NCBI GenBank assembly: GCA_965218555.1 | Contig: OZ244625.1 | Location: 2,300,968-2,364,967 of the forward strand | From: Bryobacterales bacterium | Lineage (GTDB): Bacteria; Acidobacteriota; Terriglobia; Bryobacterales; UBA6623 | Length of the DNA: 64,000 nt | Reading direction: 5' to 3' | Shown: positions 37,236-48,636 of the stretch, piece after piece | Position numbering within the stretch: the stretch's first letter is position 1 | Layout of the letters: every line of letters starts with the position of its first letter | The notes under the pieces: model-generated | What the model was told of the DNA's origin: nothing | What the model saw: the letters and a program-made list of their open reading frames with translations, nothing else | Databases searched by the model: none | Program-made: the position numbers and the translations under genes

Positions 37236-37858
37236 GACGCCAACACCTCGTTGCAATGCTTGATCGTCGACTCGGTGAAGACCACGGTCTTATGTCCCAG
37301 CAAATGGAACGGATGGACCTCACTCGATCCCATCAGCGTCACATGGGGGAGGTTGCGGCTGGAGAGCGCGAGGTTCGGGTTGTCGGAATTGTCAACGATG
37401 AGAACCGAGGAGTTCAGATCAAGCCGGTCGAGCACTTCATGGAAGTCCTTGGTCTTATGCGTGGAGAGTTCGAATTCTTTGACGACCTTGACTGCCCCGT
37501 CTTGCAGGCGCGCGCTCAGCGCCGCCCGCAGCGCGCCCAACAGCATCTTTTTCGGAAGGTGATAACTGTAATCGCGCGGCTTTGGACCGTGCGTGATGCC
37601 GCCGGACCGCCACAGCGGGGTGCGAATAGATCCGACGCGCGCGCGGCTTGTCCCTTTTTGCCGCCAAGGCTTGCGACCCGAACCCGACACCTCCGCCCTG
37701 GTCTTGGTGTTGTGCGTCCCGGCACGCCGCGAGGCCTGATAGTGATGCACCGCCTGATACAGCAGCGCTTGATTCACCTGAGCGCCGAACACTTGGTCGC
37801 TCAGATCCACGGAACCGACCTTCTTATTCTCGAGATCGATGACGTCGACTGTCGGCAT
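37232..37858 (-). CDS. rplD: 50S ribosomal protein uL4
   Basis: MPTVDVIDLENKKVGSVDLSDQVFG from ATG 37858...GSGRKPWRQKGTSRARVGS. Confidence 0.93.
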   Translation of the reverse strand: MPTVDVIDLENKKVGSVDLSDQVFGAQVNQALLYQAVHHYQASRRAGTHNTKTRAEVSGSGRKPWRQKGTSRARVGSIRTPLWRSGGITHGPKPRDYSYHLPKKMLLGALRAALSARLQDGAVKVVKEFELSTHKTKDFHEVLDRLDLNSSVLIVDNSDNPNLALSSRNLPHVTLMGSSEVHPFHLLGHKTVVFTESTIKHCNEVLAS

Positions 37859-37862
37859 GGTT

Positions 37863-38498
37863 TTAGTTCGCGATCCGCCGCACGATGATGTAACCGCCGT
37901 TCGGCCCCGGCACAGCTCCCTTGACAAGAAGAACGTTCTCGTCGGCCTGCACCTCGATGATCTCCAGGTTCTTCACGGTCACCCGTTGCTTTCCCATCTG
38001 CCCCGGCATCCGTAATCCCTTGATGACGCGGGAGGGGTAGGAGCTCTGACCGATCGAGCCCGGTGCGCGGTGGGACATCGAACCGTGCGATTCGGGGCCG
38101 CGGCGGAAGTTGTGCCGCTTGATCGTCCCCGCAAACCCGCGGCCTTTGCTGGTGCCGATCACGTCGACACGCTCGGCGACGCTGAAGTCACCCGCCAGAA
38201 TGCGGTCACCGGTTTTCCATTCCTGCTCCTTGCTTCCTTCCAGAAGCAACTCGCGAAGGAAGCGGCAGGGCGCCACATTCGACTTGGCGAAATGGCCGCG
38301 CATCGGCTGGTTCACCCGGTTCTCGTTGATGAACTCCACAAGGCCGACCTGCAAGGCCTCATAGCCGTCTTGCTCCGATGTTTTCCGGCTGACGACGACG
38401 CACGGACCGGCCTGCAACGCGGTCACCGGAACGACCCGGCCATCGTCGCGGAAGACCTGCGTCATCCCGATTTTCTTTCCTAGAATGCCTGGCGCCAT
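37863..38498 (-). CDS. rplC: 50S ribosomal protein uL3
   Basis: [13 protein letters not shown]...[17 protein letters not shown]. Confidence 0.95.
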   Translation of the reverse strand: MAPGILGKKIGMTQVFRDDGRVVPVTALQAGPCVVVSRKTSEQDGYEALQVGLVEFINENRVNQPMRGHFAKSNVAPCRFLRELLLEGSKEQEWKTGDRILAGDFSVAERVDVIGTSKGRGFAGTIKRHNFRRGPESHGSMSHRAPGSIGQSSYPSRVIKGLRMPGQMGKQRVTVKNLEIIEVQADENVLLVKGAVPGPNGGYIIVRRIAN

Positions 38499-38532
38499 GT
38501 TGCTATCCCTGCCTGGTTCGATCCACTAACCC

Positions 38533-38850
38533 TCAGCCGCCGAAAGCTTTGATCTCGACATCGACGCCCGCGGGCAAATCCAGCCGCATCAGCGCATCCA
38601 CCGTTTCCTGCGTCGGCTCAAGAATGTCGAGCAATCTCTTGTGGGTGCGCACTTCAAACTGTTCTCGCGAGCGCTTGTCCGTGTGCGGCGAGCGCAGCAC
38701 AGTGTACTTGTTCTTCGCGGTCGGCAACGGAATCGGCCCCGCCACCGAGGCGCCCGTCCTTTTGGCCGTATCGACGATCTCGCCTGTCGACTGATCGAGG
38801 ATGCGATGGTCGTAGGCCTTCAGGCGGATGCGGATGCGTTCTTTGGGCAT
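38533..38850 (-). CDS. rpsJ: 30S ribosomal protein uS10
   Basis: [17 protein letters not shown]...GPIPLPT...TVLRSPH.DK.SREQFE. Confidence 0.95.
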   Translation of the reverse strand: MPKERIRIRLKAYDHRILDQSTGEIVDTAKRTGASVAGPIPLPTAKNKYTVLRSPHTDKRSREQFEVRTHKRLLDILEPTQETVDALMRLDLPAGVDVEIKAFGG

Positions 38851-38855
38851 GAAAC

Positions 38856-40043
<1,188 letters not shown>

Positions 40044-40106
40044 CGTTAGCTTCTCTCCTCGCTGATCTCGGTGAACAGCCGCCTCAGGACCGGCCCGGGG
40101 GGCTTT

Positions 40107-42194
40107 TTATCTCAAAACTTTCCCTTGCATGCGATGAATAAGATCTTCGGCCTGCGCCGCCGGCACCTCTTCATGGCCGTGCAAATGCATCGTGTGGCTG
40201 CCGCGGCCCTGCGTCCGCGAGCGCAGATCCGTTGCGTAGCCGAACATTTCGGCCAGCGGAACGAGAGTCTTTATGATCTGCGAACCGCCCCGCAATTCCA
40301 TACCCTCGACGCGGCCCCGGCGGGAGTTCACGTCGGCGATCACATCCCCCATATACTCTTCCGGAACGACCACCTCGACTGACATCACCGGCTCCAACAA
40401 GACCGGCTTCGCTTTCTGCGCAGCCTCCTTGAAGGCCATGGACCCGGCGATCTTGAAAGCCATCTCCGAGCTGTCGACCTCGTGGTGACTGCCGTCTAGC
40501 AGCGTCACCTTGACCCCCGTCATTTCGTGGCCCGCGAGAACGCCGTGCGACATCGCTTCGCGGATGCCTTGCTCAACCGGAGCAATGTACTCCTTCGGGA
40601 TGCGTCCGCCGACGATCTTGTTCGTGAATTCGAACTTTTCGGCTTCCGCGGGTTCGATCTCGATCTTGCAATGGCCGTATTGGCCGCGACCTCCGCTCTG
40701 TCGCACGAAGCGGCCCTCGGCCCTGGCCTTACCGCGAATCGTCTCGCGATAGGCCACCTGTGGACGCCCGACATTCGCCGAAACCGCAAATTCCCGCAAC
40801 AGCCGGTCGACGAGAATCTCCAGGTGCAACTCGCCCATGCCGGAGAGAATCGTCTGCCCCGTATCGGGATCGTTCGTCACGCGGAATGTGGGATCCTCCT
40901 GAGCCAACTTGCCCAAGGCCATTCCGATCTTCTGCTGGTCCGCTTTTGTTTTCGGCTCGATCGCCAGCGAAATCACAGGCGTCGGGAAATCAATCTGCTC
41001 GAGCACGACCGGGGAATCCTTGTCACATACGGTGTCGCCCGTCTGCACCGTAGTGAGGCCAACAACCGCCACGATGTCGCCCGAGCGGACTTCTTTGAGC
41101 TCTTCCCGCTTGTTGGCGTGCATCTTGAGCAGCCGACCAATGCGCCCCGGACGTTTCTTTGCAACGTTGAACACACTCTCACCGGCCTTCAATACGCCGG
41201 AATAGACCCGCATGAAGGCGAGCTGCCCCACGAAGGGGTCAGTGAGAATCTTGAATACCAATGCGGAGAACGGCTCGTTGTCGTCGGCCCGTCGGGTGAT
41301 CGTCTCCTCGCCGTACAGACCCGCGCCTACGACTGGCGGGACTTCGATCGGCGAGGGCAGGTAGTCGACAACCGCATCCAGCAGACGCTGAACGCCTTTG
41401 TACTTGAACGCCGAGCCGCAGAGCACCGGCGTGATCTTGATAGCGATGGTCAAACGTCGAATGCCGGCCTTGAGATCGTCTTCGGTGATCGGGGTGCCTT
41501 CGATGTACTTCTCGAAGAGCTCGTCGTCCTGCTCGGAGACACGCTCGATCAGCAAGGCCCGTTGCTTTTCAGCGAGATCCCGCATGTTTTCGGGAATCTC
41601 GCCCACGTCGTAGGTGGCCCCGAGAGTCTCATTCTGCCAGAGAATCGCCTTCATCTCGACAAGATCTACGACGCCGCGCAGCTTGTCTTCGCTGCCGATC
41701 GGAATCTGAATCGGAACCGGATGCGCTTTGAGCCGGTCGCGGATCGTCTGCACAGCGTGATCGAAGTCCGCCCCGACGCGGTCCATCTTGTTCACAAAAC
41801 AGATGCGCGGGACGCTATATTTGTCCGCTTGCCGCCAAACGGTCTCCGTCTGCGGCTGCACGCCCGCGACGGCGTCGAAAATCGCGATCGCACCATCAAG
41901 GACCCGCAGACTACGCTCGACTTCCGCTGTGAAATCGACGTGTCCCGGCGTGTCGATGATATTGATCTGGCAGTCCTTCCAGAAACAGGTCGTCGCGGCG
42001 GAAGTGATGGTAATGCCCCGCTCCTGCTCCTGCTCCATGTAGTCCATGGTCGCGGTGCCCTCGTGCACCTCTCCCATGCGGTGCAATCGCCCCGTGTAGT
42101 ACAGGATGCGTTCGGTCGTCGTGGTCTTGCCCGCGTCGATGTGCGCGGCGATCCCGATGTTCCGGTAACGCTCAAGACTGATCGTTCGTGGCAT
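40107..42194 (-). CDS. fusA: Elongation factor G
   Basis: [26 protein letters not shown]...DTPGHVDFT...NKMD. 695 aa. Confidence 0.97.
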   Translation of the reverse strand: MPRTISLERYRNIGIAAHIDAGKTTTTERILYYTGRLHRMGEVHEGTATMDYMEQEQERGITITSAATTCFWKDCQINIIDTPGHVDFTAEVERSLRVLDGAIAIFDAVAGVQPQTETVWRQADKYSVPRICFVNKMDRVGADFDHAVQTIRDRLKAHPVPIQIPIGSEDKLRGVVDLVEMKAILWQNETLGATYDVGEIPENMRDLAEKQRALLIERVSEQDDELFEKYIEGTPITEDDLKAGIRRLTIAIKITPVLCGSAFKYKGVQRLLDAVVDYLPSPIEVPPVVGAGLYGEETITRRADDNEPFSALVFKILTDPFVGQLAFMRVYSGVLKAGESVFNVAKKRPGRIGRLLKMHANKREELKEVRSGDIVAVVGLTTVQTGDTVCDKDSPVVLEQIDFPTPVISLAIEPKTKADQQKIGMALGKLAQEDPTFRVTNDPDTGQTILSGMGELHLEILVDRLLREFAVSANVGRPQVAYRETIRGKARAEGRFVRQSGGRGQYGHCKIEIEPAEAEKFEFTNKIVGGRIPKEYIAPVEQGIREAMSHGVLAGHEMTGVKVTLLDGSHHEVDSSEMAFKIAGSMAFKEAAQKAKPVLLEPVMSVEVVVPEEYMGDVIADVNSRRGRVEGMELRGGSQIIKTLVPLAEMFGYATDLRSRTQGRGSHTMHLHGHEEVPAAQAEDLIHRMQGKVLR

Positions 42195-42244
42195 ACAAAA
42201 ACGGCGTTGCTTTCCAGCCCTGTCTCAGGAATTCACGCCGTCCT

Positions 42245-42715
42245 CTACCACCGGTAATGGGCGAAAGCTTTATTGGCTTCCGCCATCCGATGGATATCAT
42301 CCTTTCTCTTAATGGCTGCCCCACGACCGGCGGAAGCGTCGAGGAATTCATTGCAAAGCTTCTCGGCCATGCCGTTTTCGCTCCGCGCCCGAGCAAAGCT
42401 GATCAACCAACGCAGAGCCAGGCTCGTGCGGCGGCGCGCCTCGACTTCAATGGGAACCTGATAGTTCGCACCGCCCACGCGCCGCGATTTCACTTCGACG
42501 GTCGGCTTGCAGTTCTCAACCGCCTTTTTGAAAATCTTCAGCGGATCGTCGTTCGCCCGCTCGCGAAGCCGCTCCATCGTCTTGTAGAAGATGCGCTCGG
42601 ACATGCGCTTTTTGCCGTCCCACATCATCGCGTTGATGAATTGAGACACCAACACCGAGTTGTACACGGGATCGGCCGGCGGCACCCTCTTTTCGATTTC
42701 ACGTCTTCGCGGCAT
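42245..42715 (-). CDS. rpsG: 30S ribosomal protein uS7
   Basis: [31 protein letters not shown]. Confidence 0.95.
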   Translation of the reverse strand: MPRRREIEKRVPPADPVYNSVLVSQFINAMMWDGKKRMSERIFYKTMERLRERANDDPLKIFKKAVENCKPTVEVKSRRVGGANYQVPIEVEARRRTSLALRWLISFARARSENGMAEKLCNEFLDASAGRGAAIKRKDDIHRMAEANKAFAHYRW

Positions 42716-42744
42716 GTCGTTCCTCTCTTCGTCCGGCCCCCGCG

Positions 42745-43119
42745 CTATTGCTTGGGACGTTTCGCCCCGTATTTGCTGCGGGCTTGGCGGCGATCGTTGA
42801 CGCCGGCAGCGTCGAGCGTCCCCCGAATCACGTGGTAGCGCACGCCCGGCAAGTCTTTCACGCGGCCGCCACGGATCAGCACAATCGAGTGTTCCTGAAG
42901 GTTGTGCCCGACACCGGGGATATAGGTCGTCACCTCGATGCCGTTGGTCAAGCGGACTCGAGCCACCTTACGAAGCGCCGAATTTGGCTTCTTGGGGGTC
43001 ACGGTGTAGACGCGCGTGCACACCCCCCGCTTCTGCGGGCAGGCCTGCAAAGCGGGGCTCGTCGTGCTGAATTTCGGCCGCTTGCGGCCTTTGCGCACTA
43101 GCTGGTTGAACGTCGGCAA
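42745..43119 (-). CDS. rpsL: 30S ribosomal protein uS12
   Basis: (M)[15 protein letters not shown]...[17 protein letters not shown] place the start at TTG 43119 (124 aa, GAGGA upstream) rather than the track ATG 43155. Confidence 0.92.
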   Translation of the reverse strand: MPTFNQLVRKGRKRPKFSTTSPALQACPQKRGVCTRVYTVTPKKPNSALRKVARVRLTNGIEVTTYIPGVGHNLQEHSIVLIRGGRVKDLPGVRYHVIRGTLDAAGVNDRRQARSKYGAKRPKQ

Positions 43120-43404
43120 CCCATTATCCTCATTCCCACGGAACACAATCCCCAAGCGCCGACCCTACCGTCGCCGAACCGCGAAATACCCTACCAACAC
43201 GCGACGTGCAGGCGCACTACCAGAGGATGTGCCGATCTGTGGTTAAAAGTCCGTCGCCCTATGGGGTCTGCCAAGTACAGACCTTATCGGCGAATCGCAT
43301 CACCCGCGAGCTTTCGTCCCTCTCGGGACTTCACTGTCCTTCACTCCGCTTTCCACCGCCCCATACCCCAACGTAGGGGCTGACCGAAAAGCACAAGCTC
43401 TCTC

Positions 43405-43434
43405 AATATAAACAAATCTCTAAACCCCTGTCAA
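43405..43434 (-). promoter_or_regulatory. Sigma70-like promoter upstream of the str/S10/spc/alpha block
   Basis: Minus strand reads TTGACA (43434-43429), 18-nt spacer, TATATT (43410-43405). This leaves a leader of about 280 nt before rpsL. Confidence 0.45.
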
Positions 43435-43463
43435 TCAAAAGGTAAGACTTCATTTTTTGTTGA

Positions 43464-43529
43464 GCGGAGGCCGGACACGGCATGGTCCTGAGAGGAGAAG
43501 CGGAGGGTGGATGTATGTCCGGCCTCCGC
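43464..43529. repeat. Perfect 14-bp inverted repeat with 38-nt spacer
   Basis: GCGGAGGCCGGACA (43464-43477) and TGTCCGGCCTCCGC (43516-43529). It lies just upstream of the putative rpsL promoter. Confidence 0.7.
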
Positions 43530-43595
43530 GATGACGGCGTATGGCCGCCTGCGCCAGAGGCGAGAGGGCGCCAGGACAAGGAATTCAGGGGGCCG

Positions 43596-43892
43596 CTACA
43601 CATGCGGGGCCATCGGCTCGATGGTTTCGGCATCAATGGTGACGCCCTCCGAGGTGCGGCCATCCCGTTCCCGGGACACGCCCGTGTAGACCGTTTCGAC
43701 ATCGAGGAGGATCTTGCTGTGGATCGCCACGCCGCCGTCAAGAGCACGCTGCGGCAGAAAAATTTGGCAGAAGGCGCAAAGGTCCGGGGTTGACGGAGCC
43801 GCCTCGCTTTGTGCCCATAGCCTGTTAGCGAAATCACAAGTCAGGCTGAATAACGCCATCAGGACTATCATTCCTTTCAAACTTCGTGGCAT
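43596..43892 (-). CDS. Hypothetical small secreted protein (98 aa)
   Basis: Signal-like MIVLMALFSLTCDFANRLWAQS. No recognisable family. Sits in a comparatively A/T-rich spacer. Weak call. Confidence 0.3.
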   Translation of the reverse strand: MPRSLKGMIVLMALFSLTCDFANRLWAQSEAAPSTPDLCAFCQIFLPQRALDGGVAIHSKILLDVETVYTGVSRERDGRTSEGVTIDAETIEPMAPHV

Positions 43893-44145
43893 TCAAGATC
43901 CTATTGTTGTGAGATATGGTTTGTCGGTGATGCACCCGCATCGAGCACGGGCGACAGTTCCTCCGAAGAGCTTGTAAACATATCGATGACCACTTTGTTT
44001 TGGTTAAGATTCTCAGGCGCTTCGCCGTTTCGGTGCTTGACGGAGGGCGGCATTGTGACAAGCCGAAGTGTTTCGGAACACCATAGGGCCCGCTGGTCAG
44101 GTGTAATCACGGCTATACCGCCGCTCCACGCCATAGACTGGAACC

Positions 44146-45033
44146 ATGTCGTCTGAGCCATGGAAAGTTTCGCTGCACGGCGGTCACAGCGGCGAATTCT
44201 GCGAACACGCTACGTCGACGCTGCGAGAGGTTCTCGAAGCCGCCGCCGCCTTCGGATATCAGACGTTCGGTGTGAGCGAGCACGCTCCCCGAAGTGAAGA
44301 CCGCTTTCTGTACGCGAGCGAACGCGAGAAAGGCTACACCGTCGAGCGGCTGCACCGGGAGTTCGAAGCGTATGTCGAGGTGCTCGGCGACCTCGCCAAG
44401 GAGTTTGATGGACGGCTCGTCGTGCTTCGAGGATTCGAAGCCGAAGTCATCCCGACGGCGGGCTATGTGGAAGAAATGCTCGGCTGGCAGAAACGTTTCG
44501 GATTCGACTACATGGTGGGCTCAGTGCACTACGTGGACGAGGTTCAGATCGATGGCGAGAAAGCGGATTTCGAAGCGGCCGCCGCCCATTCTGGCGGGCT
44601 CGAAGCCTTCGCGGTCCGTTACTACTACACGGTCGCCCGCATGGTGGAGACTTTGCAGCCGGATGTAGTCGGTCATCTGGATCTGATTCGCCGCAACGCT
44701 TCCCCCGACGCCGTGCTCGACACGCCCGCGATTCGCGAGGCCGCCGAACGCGCCCTCAGCATGATCCAGGAGCACGATGCGATCCTTGACCTAAATACTG
44801 CCGGCTATCGCAAGGGTCTCGGCTCGCCATACCCCGCCCCGTGGCTCGTCCACCGAGCCAACGAGATGGGCATCGGCTTCTGCTTCGGCGACGACAGCCA
44901 CGGCCCGGCGCAAGTCGGCGAAGGCCTCGAACAAGGGCGGCGCTACTTGCTGGAGAATGGCGTGGCGGAGATCGTCGCGATCACCCGCGGCCCCGAAGGG
45001 GTGGTCAGAAAGAGGATCCCGCTGTCAGATTGA
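44146..45033 (+). CDS. PHP-family histidinol-phosphatase-like protein (HisJ/HisK type)
   Basis: SLHGGHSGEFCEHA...GVSEHAPR...GSVHYV...VGHLDLIRR. The His/Asp ladder is typical of PHP HolPases. Confidence 0.7.
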   Translation: MSSEPWKVSLHGGHSGEFCEHATSTLREVLEAAAAFGYQTFGVSEHAPRSEDRFLYASEREKGYTVERLHREFEAYVEVLGDLAKEFDGRLVVLRGFEAEVIPTAGYVEEMLGWQKRFGFDYMVGSVHYVDEVQIDGEKADFEAAAAHSGGLEAFAVRYYYTVARMVETLQPDVVGHLDLIRRNASPDAVLDTPAIREAAERALSMIQEHDAILDLNTAGYRKGLGSPYPAPWLVHRANEMGIGFCFGDDSHGPAQVGEGLEQGRRYLLENGVAEIVAITRGPEGVVRKRIPLSD

Positions 45034-45157
45034 CAGGAAGTTGCTCGTGGAGACGGTAATCGAGTCGGGACGGATTCTCAGGGATGAAAACCCTCGCCGC
45101 CGATCCTGAGTTCCTTGGTTTTGCCCTTGACCTCAAGCTGGTTTGGGAGCCGGAGAT

Positions 45158-47692
45158 CTAACCCGCACGGCGTAGTTTCTCCGTGTAATGCGCCCGGGCC
45201 TCATCGATCATCTCTTTGGCCCGTTCCCGGTTGTCGCCAGGCCCGAAGTTGTCGCGCTCTTCCAGATACAACCAAAGCCGGTCCACCCATCGAACCAGGA
45301 CCTCGATGTCCCGTTTCACCAGCACCGGCTGCCCGCCGATGTGCACGTAAACCGGACCCGAGTGCGCTCGAGGCATTTGGTCGATGCCTCGCGAAGGGCG
45401 CCCCACTACCCGTACCGCAAACCACGTGGACCTCGTCACTTGAGCTTCTGTGACAACGCGCACCGTCTGTTCGGACGCGCTCACGTCGCGGGTCTCGATT
45501 TCCCTTCCGTTCGCGACCAGTTCGATCCGGGCCAGAGGCACGCGCGCGGTGACCTCCGCCACGATCCGCGCTCGATACGGAGCGTCCGCCGAAGCTTGGA
45601 TCACCTCACCCATGACCTGACCGTTCACCGTGAACTCGATCAGCGGCCCGTTCGTTACAAACGCACGGCCGTCACGGTAGCGCTCGATCCAGCGAGCCCA
45701 GTCCATCTTCGAGCCCACGTGGACGTACTGCCGCGCTCCACCCGGAATCCGATTGATCCCGCGCCAGTTCGTGAAGCAGTCCGTACCCGCACCCGGCGAT
45801 ATTTTCAAGCCGGCGTTGAGCAGCGTGTACCACATCGAATATGCGGCGTCGCCATAGGGCAGAACATCCAGAGCGTCGAGCGCCCCTAACGCCGCCGTGA
45901 CCGGGCTCTCCTTCGCCCCCAGATTCGTATCGAACACATCCGAGATGGGGGCGCGAATCGGATGCATGTACGTCACTAGCCCGCCTTGCGCTCGCGCCTT
46001 CTTCGCCGACATCGTGTTCAGCGGAAAGTCATACGGCGAGTCGCTCCCCACGACGCTCGTATAAAACGGCGGCACCAGTTTCTTCAGGTTCAAAAAACCC
46101 ATGTGCCCGAGCGGATCGCTGTTACGATACTCCTCGCCCCAATAGAGCTTGTAGCGGTCCGTCGAAAGTGCGTCGACGGCGCCTGTAAAAAACTCCTTGT
46201 CGTGAACGAACGCCCCCGCTGCGTTCGCCACGATCATGTTCGCCGCGTTGAGGTCTTCCGCTTGTAACCAGGCCAGCGACTGATTCGGGCGCTGGTAGTA
46301 ACTGCCGTTGTAGTTGGCGTGGAAATGGTTCTCGCCGGTGTACCAGCCGCGATCCGCCCAATTCGTCCAGCGTTCCATCGTGATGGTGAGCTCAGTCGTA
46401 TCGCCCGCCGCGACGCCGACGCTGCGCTCCGCGATGCGGTACTCGACTCCCTTGAGCGCCACCAGCCGCAGCCTTCCCGCCGGCACGACGATCGTGTCGT
46501 CTCCGCTGCCCACGAAGAAGCCCTGCCGTGGCTTGCCGGGGTCCAACGAGTAATAGAAGATCTGCCCACCCGACGGACAGTAGGCCTTGCCGTCGGACGA
46601 CTCGACATAGAGCCGCACCGGCGTCGGCTTGCCGACCTCGTCGAGGACTTTCACTCGCACCCTGCCCGACGGCGTGCGGAACTTCAGCCCGCTGATGCGC
46701 ACATGCTTCTTCTCACCGCCGTCGATCGGCATCGTGAACAGATCCAGATTGCCCATGTGGTTCGAGACATGAGCGATCCGCTTCCCATCGGGCGACACGG
46801 CCGGGTTGAATTCATCACGCGTCGTATTCGTGATCGGTTGGCGCTCACCCCCGGCGCGGGATACCCGGTACAACTCGTAGTCGCCCTTGCCGTTCACCTC
46901 GACCGCCGAGTACACCGCCGCTGACCCATCCGGCAAGGCGGAAACGCTCCCCATCTGCACGATGTGCTCCGGCAGATACTTCGTTAGCGGCATTTGGATC
47001 ATCGTTGCGGCGCCGCCCGCGGGCATCGACCAAACCTGCGGCTCACCAAATCGGCGTCCTGCGAAGAGGATTTCGTCGTGCGGCCCATTCCACGCCGCGG
47101 CGATCCAGCGGTCTGTCGACGACCGTTGGGGACGCGCTTGCAACGCCTTTGCTTCTCCGCTCGCGGCGTCGATCTGATAGAGCAACGCCCCGGAGTTCGG
47201 AACTTGCAGCGCGCAAACGATCCGCTCACCGTCCGGCGACCACGCCGGCGTTCCCGCGGTTGGATAAGGCATGTCAAGCACCCGCTCCCGTCCCGTCTCG
47301 ATGTCCGCCAGCCACAGTTCTCCGCTGATGTTCGGTATGCGGCCGCGAGGCGCCGGGCCGTTGACGTACACGATCTGATCACCCCGCGGCGACCAGGCGG
47401 GGTGCGCGTGGTATCCTTCCGACGCCGTGAGCTGCCTCGCCTCGCCGCCTTCCGCGGGTACTTCCCAAACACTCCCGAACAGCGAAAACCCGAGCCGCTT
47501 CCCGTTCGGCGACCAGGTCGGGTCTATCGCTCCCCAGGTCAACGCTTCCGAGTCCGCGGCCGACGTGATTTCCAAGTTGTCGCGCGTGATGAAAATCCCC
47601 GCCAAAAGCGTAAGCGAGAGAACCGTCCAGCAACGTCCGGGATTCGACATGGCCCGATTATACGCTCGTGTTTGTCTTTCAGCGTCTTGCAC
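45158..47692 (-). CDS. Fusion protein: N-terminal PD40/TolB-like beta-propeller + C-terminal putative metal-dependent hydrolase (PHP/CehA-McbA-like)
   Basis: Repeated WSPDG/WSPRG/VSPDGKRIA PD40 motifs. C-terminal half has GWYTGENHFHANYNG (HxH), TYMHP and GAGTDCF. The alternative start ATG 47650 gives a signal-anchor N-terminus. Confidence 0.75.
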   Translation of the reverse strand: MQDAERQTRAYNRAMSNPGRCWTVLSLTLLAGIFITRDNLEITSAADSEALTWGAIDPTWSPNGKRLGFSLFGSVWEVPAEGGEARQLTASEGYHAHPAWSPRGDQIVYVNGPAPRGRIPNISGELWLADIETGRERVLDMPYPTAGTPAWSPDGERIVCALQVPNSGALLYQIDAASGEAKALQARPQRSSTDRWIAAAWNGPHDEILFAGRRFGEPQVWSMPAGGAATMIQMPLTKYLPEHIVQMGSVSALPDGSAAVYSAVEVNGKGDYELYRVSRAGGERQPITNTTRDEFNPAVSPDGKRIAHVSNHMGNLDLFTMPIDGGEKKHVRISGLKFRTPSGRVRVKVLDEVGKPTPVRLYVESSDGKAYCPSGGQIFYYSLDPGKPRQGFFVGSGDDTIVVPAGRLRLVALKGVEYRIAERSVGVAAGDTTELTITMERWTNWADRGWYTGENHFHANYNGSYYQRPNQSLAWLQAEDLNAANMIVANAAGAFVHDKEFFTGAVDALSTDRYKLYWGEEYRNSDPLGHMGFLNLKKLVPPFYTSVVGSDSPYDFPLNTMSAKKARAQGGLVTYMHPIRAPISDVFDTNLGAKESPVTAALGALDALDVLPYGDAAYSMWYTLLNAGLKISPGAGTDCFTNWRGINRIPGGARQYVHVGSKMDWARWIERYRDGRAFVTNGPLIEFTVNGQVMGEVIQASADAPYRARIVAEVTARVPLARIELVANGREIETRDVSASEQTVRVVTEAQVTRSTWFAVRVVGRPSRGIDQMPRAHSGPVYVHIGGQPVLVKRDIEVLVRWVDRLWLYLEERDNFGPGDNRERAKEMIDEARAHYTEKLRRAG

Positions 47693-47796
47693 GGGAGGTC
47701 CCGCGGCCCGGCCGCAAAGTGTGTCTTAGCCACTCGATCGACTGGTATTCTGAGGAGTGGCGTCCTAGCCTTCAGGCATTCAGCGAGGGCAACCAC

Positions 47797-48636
47797 ATGA
47801 GTGAACGAGTTAAACCGGTACGTGTCCCTGACCTGAAGAAAAAGAAGCGTCGCGGCGAGCGGATCACTATGCTCACTGCCTATGACGCCACCATGGCCGG
47901 TCTGCTCGACCGCGCCGGCATCGACGTGCTTCTCGTCGGCGACTCGCTTGGCATGGTCGTCGAAGGACACGACTCGACCATCCCTGTCACACTCGACGCG
48001 ATGATTCACCACACGCAAGCGGTGAGCCGCGGAACGAAGCGTGCCCTCGTCGTGGGCGACATGCCCTTCATGACCTACCAGACGGGCATCGAGGACGCGG
48101 TCCGAAACGCCGGCCGTCTCATCCAGGAAGGCGGTGCCGGCGCGGTGAAGATCGAGGGCGGACGCGCCGTGCTCGACGTGGCCGCTCGCCTGACCGACGT
48201 CGGCATCCCCGTGATGGGACACCTCGGCCTCACGCCGCAGTCAATACTACGGTTGGGAGGTTTCCGGCCGCAAGCGCGCACGCCGGAAGATGCCGACCAT
48301 CTCATCGCCGAAGCGCAAACACTCGAAGCCGCCGGAGTCTTCGCGCTGGTACTGGAATCCATTCCTGCCGAAGTAGCCGCCACGGTCTCGCGCGAACTCA
48401 CCATCCCTACCATCGGCATCGGCGCCGGACCTTACTGCGACGGCCAAGTGCTCGTCAGTTACGATGCCTTCGGGATGTTCGACAAGTTCGTCCCTTCGTT
48501 CGTGAAGCAATACGCGCGACTCGGCGGGCAGATCGTCAGCGCGGCTCAAGAGTACATCAACGATGTCCGCGAGGGCCGCTTCCCCGCCCACGAGCACACC
48601 GTCTCCACCGTCGCCCGGCGCAGCGGCCGTGACTGA
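47797..48636 (+). CDS. panB: 3-methyl-2-oxobutanoate hydroxymethyltransferase
   Basis: ITMLTAYDATMAGLLDRAGIDVLLVGDSLGMVVEGHDSTIPVTLD...GAGAVKIEGG...GHLGLTPQS. Start ATG 47797. Confidence 0.92.
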   Translation: MSERVKPVRVPDLKKKKRRGERITMLTAYDATMAGLLDRAGIDVLLVGDSLGMVVEGHDSTIPVTLDAMIHHTQAVSRGTKRALVVGDMPFMTYQTGIEDAVRNAGRLIQEGGAGAVKIEGGRAVLDVAARLTDVGIPVMGHLGLTPQSILRLGGFRPQARTPEDADHLIAEAQTLEAAGVFALVLESIPAEVAATVSRELTIPTIGIGAGPYCDGQVLVSYDAFGMFDKFVPSFVKQYARLGGQIVSAAQEYINDVREGRFPAHEHTVSTVARRSGRD

